Source: Pachysolen tannophilus NRRL Y-2460
Lineage: Eukaryota
Assembly (NCBI GenBank): GCA_001661245.1
Contig: KV454013.1
Span: forward strand, 331,005-395,004
Length of the DNA stretch: 64,000 nt
Direction of reading: 5' to 3'
The stretch's first letter is position 1. Each line of letters begins with the position of its first letter. The notes beneath the pieces are model-generated. The model was not told where the DNA came from and searched no databases. It was given only the letters and a program-made list of their open reading frames with translations. This document shows positions 35,112 through 46,126 of the stretch, piece after piece. The position numbers were made by a program, and so were the translations under genes.

Positions 35112-37100
35112 ATGCAACAAGTTATCCACCCTTTTGACTCTATAAGAGAAGGCGAGTTTAGGCTTGCAACTAAATTGATTAAAGATGCTTACCTTGGTGA
35201 GAAAGTTCATTTTGTCCAAGTTGATAGGGCCGAACCTCCTAAGCAAGATACATTAAGGTACCTTGCAGCAGAAAGAGAAGGCTTACCGTTACCAAGAATT
35301 CCAAGAATTGTGTACCTCTATTATTATACAAATGAAGGTAAAAGATTCCATAAAGCTTTGGTTAATGTTAGTGTTGGTCACATTATTACCAAGACCCAAT
35401 TACCAAAAGGTGTCGTTGGTCCATTATTACCTGAAGATTTGGGTGAGGTTGAAAAACTTTGTGTTGAGCATCCTCTTGTTAAAGCTGAAATTGCAAAATT
35501 GAAATTACCAAAAGGTGTTTATGTTCAAAATGATCCATGGATGTATGGTACAGATGAATCAAATGAAGATCTTCAGTTAATTCAATGTTATATGTACTTG
35601 CGTTATGACCATCCGGAATCAAACCATTATTCTTTGCCTTTAAAATTTTCACCAGTATTTGAATCTTTTAGTCACAAATTTGTTAGAATGGATTATTTAC
35701 CTGGAGGTTATGATGAAAGAATTACTTTAACTGAACCATGGAAACAAGTTCCAGCTGTTGAATTTCATCCTGATTTAAATGGTGAGCATACTATGAGAAT
35801 TCCTAAACCTTTAATAATTCAACAACCTGAAGGTCCAGGTTTCACTTCCAAGAATGGTGCAGTTGAATGGCAAGGTTGGAAATTTAGAGTTGCTTCAAAC
35901 GTCAGAGAAGGTTTTGCAGTTTACGATGTCTCTTTCAAAGGTAGATCCATTGCTTATAGAATCTCTTTATCTGAAATGACAGTTCCTTATGGTGATCCAA
36001 GAGCTCCATACCATAGAAAGCAGGCTTTTGATTTAGGTGATTGTGGGTTTGGTGCTAATGCAAATCATTTGAAATTAGGTTGTGATTGTCTTGGTTATAT
36101 CAAATATCTTGATACAATTAGAACCAATGGAGAAGGTGAACCAATCTTACTTCCAAATACTATCTGTATGCATGAGCAAGATAATGGTATTTTATACAAA
36201 CATGTCAATTATAGAACAAATAATGCTGTAATTGCAAGAAGACGTGAATTTGTTGTTCAAACCATTGCAACAGTTGCCAATTATGAATATATTGTTAATA
36301 TAATTTTTGATCAAGCTGGTCTGATTTGTATTCAAGTTAGAGCCACTGGTATTTTGTCAACTATGCCAATAGATGACGGTGTTACCGTTGATTATGGAAC
36401 CAATGTTGGGCCAAATGTTATGGCTGCATTCCATCAACATTTGCTTTCTTTCAGAATTGATCCAGCTGTTGATGGCCATAAAAACACTGTTGTATATGAT
36501 GATGTTTACCCAATGGAACCAAATACATCTTTGAATCCACATAATGTCGGATTTTATTCTAAAAGAACTGTCTTGGAAAAATCAGGTTCTGTTGAACAAT
36601 CACCTTTTACTAACCGTGCTTATAAAATCATCAACGAGAATGTTATTAATCCAGTCAGTAAAAAACCTGTTGGTTATAAGATTGAAATGCCTGCAAGACA
36701 ATTGGCATTAGCTTCAGAAAATTCTTACAACGTACATCGTGCTAAATTTGCTACAAAACAATTATGGGTTACTAAATACAGAGACGGTCAATTATATGCT
36801 GCTGGTGAGTTTACAAATCAATCAAGAAACGATACAGGTCTTGGAGAATGGGCCAATGGACAAGATTTAGTTAGAAACGAGGATATTGTTGTCTGGGCAA
36901 CATTAGGTTTCACACATGTTCCAAGAACAGAAGATTTCCCAGTTATGCCAGTTGAGATTCACAATATAAATATTGTTCCATTTGGTTTCTTTACCAAGAA
37001 TCCAGCTTTAGACTTGCCGCAATCAAACAATAGAGACAATCAATCGGTTTTGGTCAACGAAGATTCAACAGGACCATCATGTTGTAAAAGTTCTTTATAA
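35112..37100 (+). CDS. Copper-containing amine oxidase, probably peroxisomal
   Basis: TPQ consensus ANYEY, Cu ligands HQH and H in FTHVPR, catalytic Asp in AFDLGD, and a PTS1-like SSL C-terminus. First ATG is at 35112. Confidence 0.95.
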   Translation: MQQVIHPFDSIREGEFRLATKLIKDAYLGEKVHFVQVDRAEPPKQDTLRYLAAEREGLPLPRIPRIVYLYYYTNEGKRFHKALVNVSVGHIITKTQLPKGVVGPLLPEDLGEVEKLCVEHPLVKAEIAKLKLPKGVYVQNDPWMYGTDESNEDLQLIQCYMYLRYDHPESNHYSLPLKFSPVFESFSHKFVRMDYLPGGYDERITLTEPWKQVPAVEFHPDLNGEHTMRIPKPLIIQQPEGPGFTSKNGAVEWQGWKFRVASNVREGFAVYDVSFKGRSIAYRISLSEMTVPYGDPRAPYHRKQAFDLGDCGFGANANHLKLGCDCLGYIKYLDTIRTNGEGEPILLPNTICMHEQDNGILYKHVNYRTNNAVIARRREFVVQTIATVANYEYIVNIIFDQAGLICIQVRATGILSTMPIDDGVTVDYGTNVGPNVMAAFHQHLLSFRIDPAVDGHKNTVVYDDVYPMEPNTSLNPHNVGFYSKRTVLEKSGSVEQSPFTNRAYKIINENVINPVSKKPVGYKIEMPARQLALASENSYNVHRAKFATKQLWVTKYRDGQLYAAGEFTNQSRNDTGLGEWANGQDLVRNEDIVVWATLGFTHVPRTEDFPVMPVEIHNINIVPFGFFTKNPALDLPQSNNRDNQSVLVNEDSTGPSCCKSSL

Positions 37101-37584
37101 TTCAAAAAAAAATTCCGGTGTGTTAGTGTGTACATATTCAAACTAAAAAGTAAATTCAATTCAATTTTTATGGCTTTATATTATTAATTGCGGTGTAGTT
37201 AATCTTCAGATATCTGTGAAAAATAGAATATATCAAACAATTTCTGACTTATTGTGATATATCGTAATAAGGCAATACTATTTGCTTAAAACTTTTTAGC
37301 TGAAAGTATTCAATTTCCAGTTTATAATATAGATAACATAAACACGGTATTATGATGCTTTTATAATTATAGCTAAGAGCCCAAATTTTCTTGTGTATAT
37401 TTACATCATTTGGAATACTTTGATTAGCTGAGTACAATATAAAAATGAGTTGAAAGTACTCCATTTTGTTTTTTTCCTCTCTCTCTTCTTTTTTTTTTTT
37501 GGCTTAATACTAAAACTGTGTTTCGCAAGTAATCAAATCACTAATCATAGAATCCAAACAACTTTCTGAGGTAAACTATTTCAA

Positions 37585-38870
37585 ATGCTTTCAAACTTTC
37601 ATTCAGGTTCAAAGACTGCTTCGTCTTCGGTGTTCAGCAGGAATTTTCAGACTTCGGCCCGATTATCTGGTGGTGCGGCTGCATATTCTAGTAATGCTAA
37701 CAATAGTAGAAGAAATAGTTGGACTCCAGGGAGTTTCCAAAATGATGAAGTTGAAGTTTCTGCAGATTTACAAGAACTTATCAAGAAGTTTACTAGTATC
37801 AAAGATCCAACTTATCAATTGGTTAAAATTTTTGGACCAGCAATTAATTTTACAGAACCTAGTGCTGTAGGTTCTGTTTCTGCCAAAGATAAATTTAAGA
37901 TACATGATCATCGCAAATCATGGTTTGGAGGATCTTTTCCAACAGATACTGATGAACCAGTAGGAAATGAGTCAGCGGTAAAAGATAATTCTGCTGAAAA
38001 AATTGAAAAGAAAAAATCTTTAGAAGATATATTAAAGAAGTTTGTCATTGAAAAAATCAAACCAAATTTAACTTTATTTTCAGATGAAATTTTTTTCAGT
38101 CCAGATGCTACTAATTACAGTTATTTCGTTGGTTGTAATAAAGAATTAATTAAGACATTACCGATTGAAGCACATTTTTTCACAAAAGCAGGATTAATTT
38201 GGAATCATCTAGATAATGAAACAAAACAAAAATTTTATATTGCAGCAAAAGCTCATGAAGATCAATTATTTTGTGATCAATTGCACAGGAGAAGAATTAA
38301 AAGCTTACAAGAGGAAACTTCAGTTCCAGAACATCAGAATGATGATTTTTTTGTTAATTCTGAATTAGAACATAGCAACAAAGTAGTAGAAAATAAACCT
38401 AGTGATGATATAGTTACAACCCCAAAAAAAAATTATCTATTGAAGAAAATTCAAACAATGTAGATGAGATAAAGGATTCAACTACTTCTTCTACAAAGAA
38501 AAATTTTTTAGGCAAACTTAAAAAAGTTACCAATTCAGTTATTAAAAATGATTCAAAGAACAAGAATAAACTGTCAAACCAGAAAACTGAAGAAAACCAG
38601 ACAAACCAAGTGAACTTGGAAAAAAACGATAATAAGAATGAAAAACGCAACGTTATCGTATTTCCAAGTCCAATTACTCTATTCATCTACGAAAAAACAG
38701 GATTGACAATCAAAGAAAGTAAACTCCACAAACAAAAAGACTTGATCTTAGAATGGGAAAACATGGATTTCAAACAACAGAAACCCTACGTTGCCAAATG
38801 CTATCTGGATAAACAGATTCAAGACTTTGTCAACGGTTACAAATACTACAAGACTGAAGGTTACTTATAG
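37585..38870 (+). CDS. Putative mitochondrial HMG-box-like protein with a -1 frameshift at the A9 run (38424..38432)
   Basis: Ser/Arg-rich presequence-like N-terminus. HMG-like segments occur in ORF 37585..38463 (NYSYFV...WNHLDNETKQKF) and in the -1 frame, open 38409..38870 (PSPITLFI...WENMDFKQQKPY). Confidence 0.55.
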
Positions 38871-39023
38871 ATCACGCTATATACACGACCTATCTTGTGT
38901 TTATTTATTTCCAAGTTGAAAAGAATGAGAAGATAAAAGTATTTAAGATATTGATTTAAAAGAGATTTGCGAGAGTGGATTGAATGTTTTAGTGGGAAGT
39001 AAAGGAGTAAAGGAGTAAAGGAG

Positions 39024-40415
39024 ATGGTGTTAGATAGTCGATGTATGATAAACTTTAATGTATGCTTGGGGTCTTTTCTAATATATTTTATTAATACAGA
39101 TTTTTTCAAGTTCCATTTTAATGTTGTTGAGAAAGATAACGATAACAATGAAAGCCGTAGTGCGAATCTCGATCTGGATCTGGATCTGGATCTGCAGAGC
39201 AACGATAATCCCACCCATCAAGATTTGGTGATAGATGAAAGTGAAAAAGTGGGGTCATCTGGGGATATTTTGCAAGAGAAATTTGAGGAATTTTTTCTGG
39301 AATTGACGCTGGATAGAATATTGCAGAATGGGAATGAGAGTACTGATGACGATGATGGAGAAGAAGAAGAAGAAGAAAAAGAAGGAGAAGATGATGATAA
39401 TAACAATCATATGACTCTTTCAGATATTGAGGAAATTTTGATTTCAGAGTTTGAAAATGAGCATAACAGTAGCAGTTCCGATAACGGTATATCTGAAGGT
39501 GATTCTGTTGATGTTTTTGTTGATAATAACCTGAACAATAATTCCAGTACTACATTGATTCCAGATTTTGAGAAAAGTTCTACTCCTCAATTTTTGTTGA
39601 AAAAAGTTTCAAGATTATTAAAATCATTACCTCGTGATAAAAAATCTGAAGGTGATGATTTTCAAAAACAATTTCATAATTTTTTCATAAATTGGAAAAG
39701 ACAACACAAGAGTGAAGATATTAGAATAATTACCAAGACTCCAGATTCAAACCTGAAAAATATAAATAAAATCTTGTCTTCATTCTCAGATTTTGAAGAT
39801 AAGGATTTAATAATAAAATTATCAAAAGAAATAGATACATTTTTGCCATCAGATTTAATAACACAAGAATTAATAAATTTTAAAATACGATTATTATCCA
39901 ATAATTCACCATCTTCTCCATTTGATTTTTTTTATAATGATAAATTGAAAAATATAATAACTAAAGAGACATTTAATTTTAAGAAAAATATTATATTAGA
40001 TATTATAATTACTAAATGGGAACATGTTAGTGTTTTAGAAAAGGCAAAATATTCAAATTTAATAATTAAAAGACAAAATGAAGAAGCAACAAAATTAGTA
40101 ACATTGAAAAATAGTACCGACTCATTACGTAAAAGAGCACTTAGTATTTCTGGTTATAACAATTTAGGTCAAGAAAATATCAATAATAATATCCCGAGAT
40201 CTATCAGTACACATCACCCACTTTATCATGGAATATCTGACAATAAGACAAAAGATTTATTGGATCAGACAGAAGGCGAAAGAATAAATAATATCACCTC
40301 GATAAATGGTGATAGTTCCACTAACACCAACACAGATACAATATTAACACCTCCATCATCACCATTACTGAACAGTATAATATGCTCTTCCCCGATAAAA
40401 TGTACTAAAGAATGA
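39024..40415 (+). CDS. Acidic low-complexity protein with an HMG-box-like segment; possibly the 3' part of the preceding gene
   Basis: 463-aa ORF. PSSPFDFFY...KWEHVSVLEKAKY resembles an HMG box. It starts only 153 bp after the previous stop. Confidence 0.55.
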   Translation: MVLDSRCMINFNVCLGSFLIYFINTDFFKFHFNVVEKDNDNNESRSANLDLDLDLDLQSNDNPTHQDLVIDESEKVGSSGDILQEKFEEFFLELTLDRILQNGNESTDDDDGEEEEEEKEGEDDDNNNHMTLSDIEEILISEFENEHNSSSSDNGISEGDSVDVFVDNNLNNNSSTTLIPDFEKSSTPQFLLKKVSRLLKSLPRDKKSEGDDFQKQFHNFFINWKRQHKSEDIRIITKTPDSNLKNINKILSSFSDFEDKDLIIKLSKEIDTFLPSDLITQELINFKIRLLSNNSPSSPFDFFYNDKLKNIITKETFNFKKNIILDIIITKWEHVSVLEKAKYSNLIIKRQNEEATKLVTLKNSTDSLRKRALSISGYNNLGQENINNNIPRSISTHHPLYHGISDNKTKDLLDQTEGERINNITSINGDSSTNTNTDTILTPPSSPLLNSIICSSPIKCTKE

Positions 40416-40582
40416 TATAAATAACAAAAGGAGTTTTGAAGTTTTTTTTTCTTTTTTTTTTTTTTTTTTTTGTCTTGACTTGACTTGTCTTGTTTTTAAT
40501 ATATAGCTTAATTTAAATGAATAATTTTATATGATTGTTTTGTAGTTTTGTAAAAATAATTTATATTAGACTCTCTATTTAA

Positions 40583-41059
40583 CTAAACCAAATACCCAAG
40601 AAAACACGAATCTAAAATTCTATCACAATTTATCCAAGGATGATACTTATTAAACAACAGAGTACCATCTTTCCCAGCACATTGTTTCAAAATATCTATC
40701 CCACCGGGATGAAAATCCAAGTATGGCGTTAAATTGAAAACTTTTCTATTTATCACTATCCAAAAATCATCCAACTTATTATGCTTCTGTACTTCTTCCT
40801 TAGATATCTTTAAAGGATATCCACATGAACCCAGTAAATTCTTATTTGTTCGTTTCATAGTAGCCCAATCTAAAGCTGAATGTCCTGGTTTTAATACTAC
40901 TTTCTGCCTTCCTCTAGAATTATTACTACTACTTGATCCAATAGTTAACGAGCTAGCAGGAGGTTTTCGAAGCTGTGATCTTACATTGGGCCCACCTCTC
41001 AAATCATTTATACTCATCCCTACCGGTTTCCTATCAGAGTTGATCTCATTATTTGACAT
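40583..41059 (-). CDS. IRC21: Cytochrome b5-like heme-binding protein
   Basis: KVVLKPGHSALDW, HN...D.WIVI, HPGG and AGKDGT..F.KYH. Confidence 0.85.
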   Translation of the reverse strand: MSNNEINSDRKPVGMSINDLRGGPNVRSQLRKPPASSLTIGSSSSNNSRGRQKVVLKPGHSALDWATMKRTNKNLLGSCGYPLKISKEEVQKHNKLDDFWIVINRKVFNLTPYLDFHPGGIDILKQCAGKDGTLLFNKYHPWINCDRILDSCFLGYLV

Positions 41060-41284
41060 CTTATCACCTTATCTTCAAAAGATTGATTTATATAGATAAA
41101 TAAATAATTAATTAAAAATTAAATAGATAAAAAAAAACAAAATAAGATAAAAAAAAAAAAAAAATTAAAAAAATTTTAATAATTGGAAAAAAGCAATATA
41201 ATTTTATAATTCGATAAATTGGAATTAGTAGGTTTTGGAAAGTCAATTGAGCATCATTTGGGGTTATATCCACATATCAATCTA

Positions 41285-42613
41285 ATGATGATGGCACATC
41301 TTATTTTCAAGAAGCACATATCGCAATATTTGTCTGTGCCGATCAAGAATTCCAGGTATAGGTATAGGGTTGATTTAATGAAAGTTCCTTCCAACTATGG
41401 ATATTATTCAAGTCGAGTGAATAGGTTATACAATGAAGATAATTTCAGTTCAGCTGTATTGGATGTGAACATGGCGGGGAAAAGGATAGACGATATAGAG
41501 AAAATTGGAGCTGATGCTGGTATTGGTTCTAAGCATATTACAAAAGTGTTTAATTTTAATGTGTTCGATGGTCATGGGGGTGATAATTGTGCAATTTATT
41601 TAAAGGAAAATTTATCAAAAAATATTGAAAATTATATTATTTCACAGGAGAATATTGATAAATTATTTAAAAGTTATGTGAAAGATATAGGAGGATATTG
41701 GAGAAGATGGTATAAGAAAAAAGATGAAAAATTAAATGAAATTGTAAATCTGATAGAAAATTGGCAAAAGGAAGAGATTAATGGTGAAAATTTATTTAAA
41801 TTAAAAATTTATATGAGTTTTTTAGAAACTGATTATAATTTTTTATTAAAAGATTATAATTCTAAAAATCATTCAGGTTCTACTTGTACATCATGTTTTT
41901 TATATACAATTGATCCAGATATAACAAATGGAGGTGATGAATCATTTTTTTATGAACCAAATACATTATCTAAATTAATAGTGGCACATTGTGGTGATAC
42001 AAGAGCCATATTATGTGATAATCAAGGTTTAGCACATGGTCTAACAGTGGATCATCATCCAAATAACCCAGTTGAAAATAGAAGATTAACAAAATATGCT
42101 TCAAATTTTTTAATGACAGATTCATTTGGTGAAGAAAGATTTGTTAATTTTGCTAATACAAGATCATTTGGAGATATTAATGGTAAAGATAAAGGTATAT
42201 CAGCAGAACCAGAATTTTTTGAATTTATAATTGGTGATACTATAAAATTACAAAAATATCTTAAAATTACAAATGAACAACAAAAAAATTCAAAAATTTT
42301 GAAAAATTTAAAAAATTTTGGAGGTGATGAATGTTTTCTTGTTCTTGTAAGTGATGGAGTTACAAATTGTATATCTGATCAAGAAGTTGTTGATATTATA
42401 ATGGCAACTTCAAATAATAAAGGTTTATCAAAAGGTACCCCACAAGAACTGGCAAAACAAGTTGTAAAATTTGTTGAATGTGTTGGAGGTGATGATAACG
42501 CTACATGTAACGTGATAAAACTAAGTGGCTGGGGTAAATGGCCACTTGTTGACAGGACAGGAAAATTAAGAGAATCCAAGATGATGGATGATTTAAAAAG
42601 ACTTAAAAATTAG
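41285..42613 (+). CDS. PTC6: Mitochondrial type 2C protein phosphatase
   Basis: PP2C motifs NEDN, VFDGHGG, GSTC, HCGDTRA, ANTRSFGD, SDGV and DDNAT, plus the Ptc6-type GGYWRRW. Start set at the first ATG. Confidence 0.88.
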   Translation: MMMAHLIFKKHISQYLSVPIKNSRYRYRVDLMKVPSNYGYYSSRVNRLYNEDNFSSAVLDVNMAGKRIDDIEKIGADAGIGSKHITKVFNFNVFDGHGGDNCAIYLKENLSKNIENYIISQENIDKLFKSYVKDIGGYWRRWYKKKDEKLNEIVNLIENWQKEEINGENLFKLKIYMSFLETDYNFLLKDYNSKNHSGSTCTSCFLYTIDPDITNGGDESFFYEPNTLSKLIVAHCGDTRAILCDNQGLAHGLTVDHHPNNPVENRRLTKYASNFLMTDSFGEERFVNFANTRSFGDINGKDKGISAEPEFFEFIIGDTIKLQKYLKITNEQQKNSKILKNLKNFGGDECFLVLVSDGVTNCISDQEVVDIIMATSNNKGLSKGTPQELAKQVVKFVECVGGDDNATCNVIKLSGWGKWPLVDRTGKLRESKMMDDLKRLKN

Positions 42614-42822
42614 AACATAGATGAAAAAAAAAAAAAAAAAAATAATACATAGATATAGCTTATTTTTTTGTGTTTCTACCTACATTGTGCAAAAATTACA
42701 ATCCAAGCATCCTGATCTATTATAGACAAAAGAAAAAAGAAAAAAAAACAAGTAAAGTCATTCAGATAGATAGATATATATATATATATACAGGTTAACA
42801 CAACATCTCTTGATAAATTTTC

Positions 42823-43168
42823 TTATTTATTCTTTGTTTGAGTATATTTAAAGGCTTTCCTTGTAGGAGCAAATTCTCCTAATTTTGAACCGATCATATC
42901 TTCTGTCACCTCTATCTGCACATAATCTTTCCCATTATGAATTTGAAATTTCACTCCAACAAACTGCGGCAATATTGTACAAGCTCTAGCATTAGTTCTT
43001 ATAGGTGTTCCCGTTTTCAAAGCATTGGAAATTGGTAACGGAACAACATGAGGACCTAAAAACCTTTAAAGTTAGTTGAAATTTTGATCTATAAAACAAA
43101 AAAAAACAAAAACAAAAACACAAACCTTTCCAAGCTGAACGACGAAGCAATACCAAACTCAATCTCAT
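42823..43168 (-). CDS. RSM19: Mitochondrial ribosomal protein uS19m, 2 exons (43168..43126 and 43055..42823), 91 aa
   Basis: A 70-nt intron (GTTTGT donor, AACTAAC branch, TAG acceptor) joins [14 protein letters not shown]19 motifs HNGK and [10 protein letters not shown] are present. Confidence 0.93.
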
Positions 43169-43425
43169 TATCCTACCACTAAAGAATAACCTCTTAAACT
43201 ATAGTTTTACTCAATGATTTAACTATAGATTTCAACGATGAAATAAATTTTCAATTTTATTTTTTTAAAGACTTTTTTTGGTGTGCAAATACACTACCAT
43301 TTTTTCAGTAATAAAATTTTTAAAGAGGTCTCAAAAGAGAGATGGGAAGATAGATGATTATAAGAGATATAATTAAAATTGAATAGGTGTTAGAACGGTG
43401 TTAGAACGGGTTGTGTTGGAGAGAG

Positions 43426-45492
43426 ATGTTTGCAGCTAGGTTTGATCCATCGCAAGTATATGATAGTGCAAGTGGTGCGGCGAGTGGTGATGGAGTTGTG
43501 CGTGGGAAGACTGATTTTATAAAGAAGAGAAAGTTGAGTATTTCATCTGAAGATGAACAAGAAAGTGAACAAGAGTCTAGTGACGGGTCCAGTCAAGATG
43601 AGTCTGATAATGGGAGCAGTAGTGAGGAAAGTAGTGATGAAAGCAGTGTGGGTAGTAGCGAGAGTGCATCCGAGGTTGAAGTTGAGAATGAAAATGAGAA
43701 TGATGAGGATTCTATGGATGTTGACAATGACGGTGATGATGATTCCACAGTTGCGCCAAAGAAACATACTTCAATCATGCATAGATTTCAGAAATCCACA
43801 AGCAAAAGTCGAGCAACGGGGAAAGGAGAATCAGAGGAATCAGAAGAAGAAGATAATAATGGTGAGATTGTTCCATTGAATGATATTAAACCTTTACCAC
43901 AACCATCATTACCTCATGATAAGAAATTATCATCTTTATCGCTGCTGAATAGAAACTTGGATTGGTTGACTAAACCTATATTTTATGACATTCAAAATAC
44001 TAAGCCATTTAAAGATTTACAACCTTCTATCAATCCTTTAATAATAAAAAATTTGGAGGTTTATTTGAAAACTAATAATGCTTTTAGTGTTCAAATTGCA
44101 TGTATTGAACTTTTATTAAAAGATTTAAATAAAAATAAGATATCTCCAAGTTTCCAAGGAGATTTATTATGTAATGCATCAACAGGTTCAGGTAAAACTT
44201 TAGCTTATTTGGTACCTATTTTACAATTATTACATGATATTAAAATAACTGGGAAATTAATAGCCATTATCTTAGTACCTACAAGGCCTTTGATACAACA
44301 ATTATTAACTACAATTAATTTATTGTTAAAAAATTTTAAAAGAAATATTAATATTGTAAGTTTTAAAAATGATGGTAGCATAAGAGAAGAAGCAGAAAAA
44401 TTGAAATCTAATAAACCAGATATTATTATTTCTACTCCAGGTAGATTGGTTGAACATTTAGGAAATTTAAATTTACTGAATTTAAGATTTTTAGTTATTG
44501 ATGAAGCTGATAGATTATTAAATCAAAGTTTCCAAAATTGGTGTGATTTATTAATAAATAAAATTGAAAAAGAACAAAATTTAATTAATTTTAAAATTTA
44601 TAACAAGTTTCAATTAAAAGTTCAAAAATTAATCTTTAGTGCAACTTTAACAACAGATTCAGGTAAATTATCACATTTGAATTTACAAAAACCAAGATTA
44701 ATAGTAGTTAATAATGAAAAGACATTAGTAAATGAATTATATCAATTACCATTGAATTTAAAAGAATGTTATATAAGGTTTAATTCAGGTTTAGAATTTT
44801 ATAAACCTTTAATATTATTAAAATTTTTATTAGATTATACAAATTTTGATAATTTTGGATTGAAATTTAATTTTAATAATAATATTTTAATATTTGTTAA
44901 ATCAAATGAAAATTCTTTAAGATTAACAAGATTATTAGAAATTATGAATCAAAATTTAAATGAAGGGAAAAAATTAATAATTAAATCAATAAATTCTAAT
45001 TTAAGTATTTTAGAAAGATCTAAAATATTGAAAAATTTTGAAGAAAATAAGATAAATATTTTAGTTTCAACTGATTTAATTTCAAGAGGTATTAATTTAT
45101 TAAATATAAAAACTGTATTGAATTATGATTTACCAGTTTCTTCAAAAGAATATATACATAGAGTTGGAAGAACTTCTAGAGCAAATAATTTCGGTTTTAC
45201 TATAAATTTTATATTTGGACTTGGTGAATGGAAATGGTTAAGTAAGACATGTTTGTTTAATAATCAAATTAATAGAAATGGTAATAAAGTTCATAAGATT
45301 AACGTTTTAAGACGGAAACAGCAAGAAAATAATGAAATTGCAACTGCAACTGCAACTGCAACTGCAACGGAAACAGAAACAGAAACAGAAACAGAACCAG
45401 GTTTTGAATTGGACTTAACTGATATGGAAAAGCAAATTTATGAAAATTCATTAAAAGAATTAGAAAATGAAGTCTACAATAGTGGTAAATAA
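43426..45492 (+). CDS. DBP6: DEAD-box RNA helicase for 60S biogenesis
   Basis: N-terminal MFAARFDP, an acidic tract, ASTGSGKT, PTRPL, TPGRLVEH, DEADRLL, SATLT and HRVGRT. Confidence 0.93.
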   Translation: MFAARFDPSQVYDSASGAASGDGVVRGKTDFIKKRKLSISSEDEQESEQESSDGSSQDESDNGSSSEESSDESSVGSSESASEVEVENENENDEDSMDVDNDGDDDSTVAPKKHTSIMHRFQKSTSKSRATGKGESEESEEEDNNGEIVPLNDIKPLPQPSLPHDKKLSSLSLLNRNLDWLTKPIFYDIQNTKPFKDLQPSINPLIIKNLEVYLKTNNAFSVQIACIELLLKDLNKNKISPSFQGDLLCNASTGSGKTLAYLVPILQLLHDIKITGKLIAIILVPTRPLIQQLLTTINLLLKNFKRNINIVSFKNDGSIREEAEKLKSNKPDIIISTPGRLVEHLGNLNLLNLRFLVIDEADRLLNQSFQNWCDLLINKIEKEQNLINFKIYNKFQLKVQKLIFSATLTTDSGKLSHLNLQKPRLIVVNNEKTLVNELYQLPLNLKECYIRFNSGLEFYKPLILLKFLLDYTNFDNFGLKFNFNNNILIFVKSNENSLRLTRLLEIMNQNLNEGKKLIIKSINSNLSILERSKILKNFEENKINILVSTDLISRGINLLNIKTVLNYDLPVSSKEYIHRVGRTSRANNFGFTINFIFGLGEWKWLSKTCLFNNQINRNGNKVHKINVLRRKQQENNEIATATATATATETETETETEPGFELDLTDMEKQIYENSLKELENEVYNSGK
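45340..45396 (+). repeat. Coding hexamer microsatellites (GCAACT)n then (GAAACA)n in DBP6
   Basis: Encodes ATATATATATETETETETE. Confidence 0.85.
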
Positions 45493-45636
45493 TTAAAAAT
45501 AATTATAAAAGAATATAATTTTCCTTTAAGTAAGATAAATAAATAAATAAATAAATAAATAGTTAGATAAGTAAATCGATCGATGAATGAATCAAGGAAT
45601 GAATGGGGACCCCATTATTCAATTTCAAATTCAAAT

Positions 45637-46044
45637 TCAAACAGCATCCGGTTGAGCTTCAATTAAATCAATAGCATCTTTAACCGTATTGATTTCATCA
45701 GCTTTATCATCAGGTATTATTATACTAAATTCATTTTCAATTTCCATTATAATTTCAACCTGATCCAAAGAATCTAACCCCAAATCTTTCTTAAAATTTG
45801 CATTAACAGATATTTTTTCTGGAAGCTTAATATTATCATAATCTTCTAATAATTCCAAAATTCTTTCAGTAATTATCTCCCTAGTTAAAGCAGGAGCAGA
45901 TGAATACATTCTATGATACGAATACAAAATTGGTACCTTCAATGGAAAGCTCAATGGCACCTTCAGCGACACTGTCAATGGCGCTTTCAACGGCGCTCTA
46001 GTTGCACCAACCCTAGCAAACCTCACAAGTGATGATCTCAACAT
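45637..46044 (-). CDS. ACP1: Mitochondrial acyl carrier protein
   Basis: Presequence MLRSSLVRFARV from the ATG at 46044 and the phosphopantetheine site DLGLDSLD. Confidence 0.93.
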   Translation of the reverse strand: MLRSSLVRFARVGATRAPLKAPLTVSLKVPLSFPLKVPILYSYHRMYSSAPALTREIITERILELLEDYDNIKLPEKISVNANFKKDLGLDSLDQVEIIMEIENEFSIIIPDDKADEINTVKDAIDLIEAQPDAV

Positions 46045-46095
46045 TTCACCCAATAGATCTAAAAAAAAAAACAAAACAAAAAGGTATCTATATCT

Positions 46096-46126
<31 letters not shown>

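Noticed and set aside
43386..43409. GGTGTTAGAAC x2 upstream of DBP6, superficially telomere-like
   Set aside because: Only two copies at an internal position. A simple local duplication explains it.
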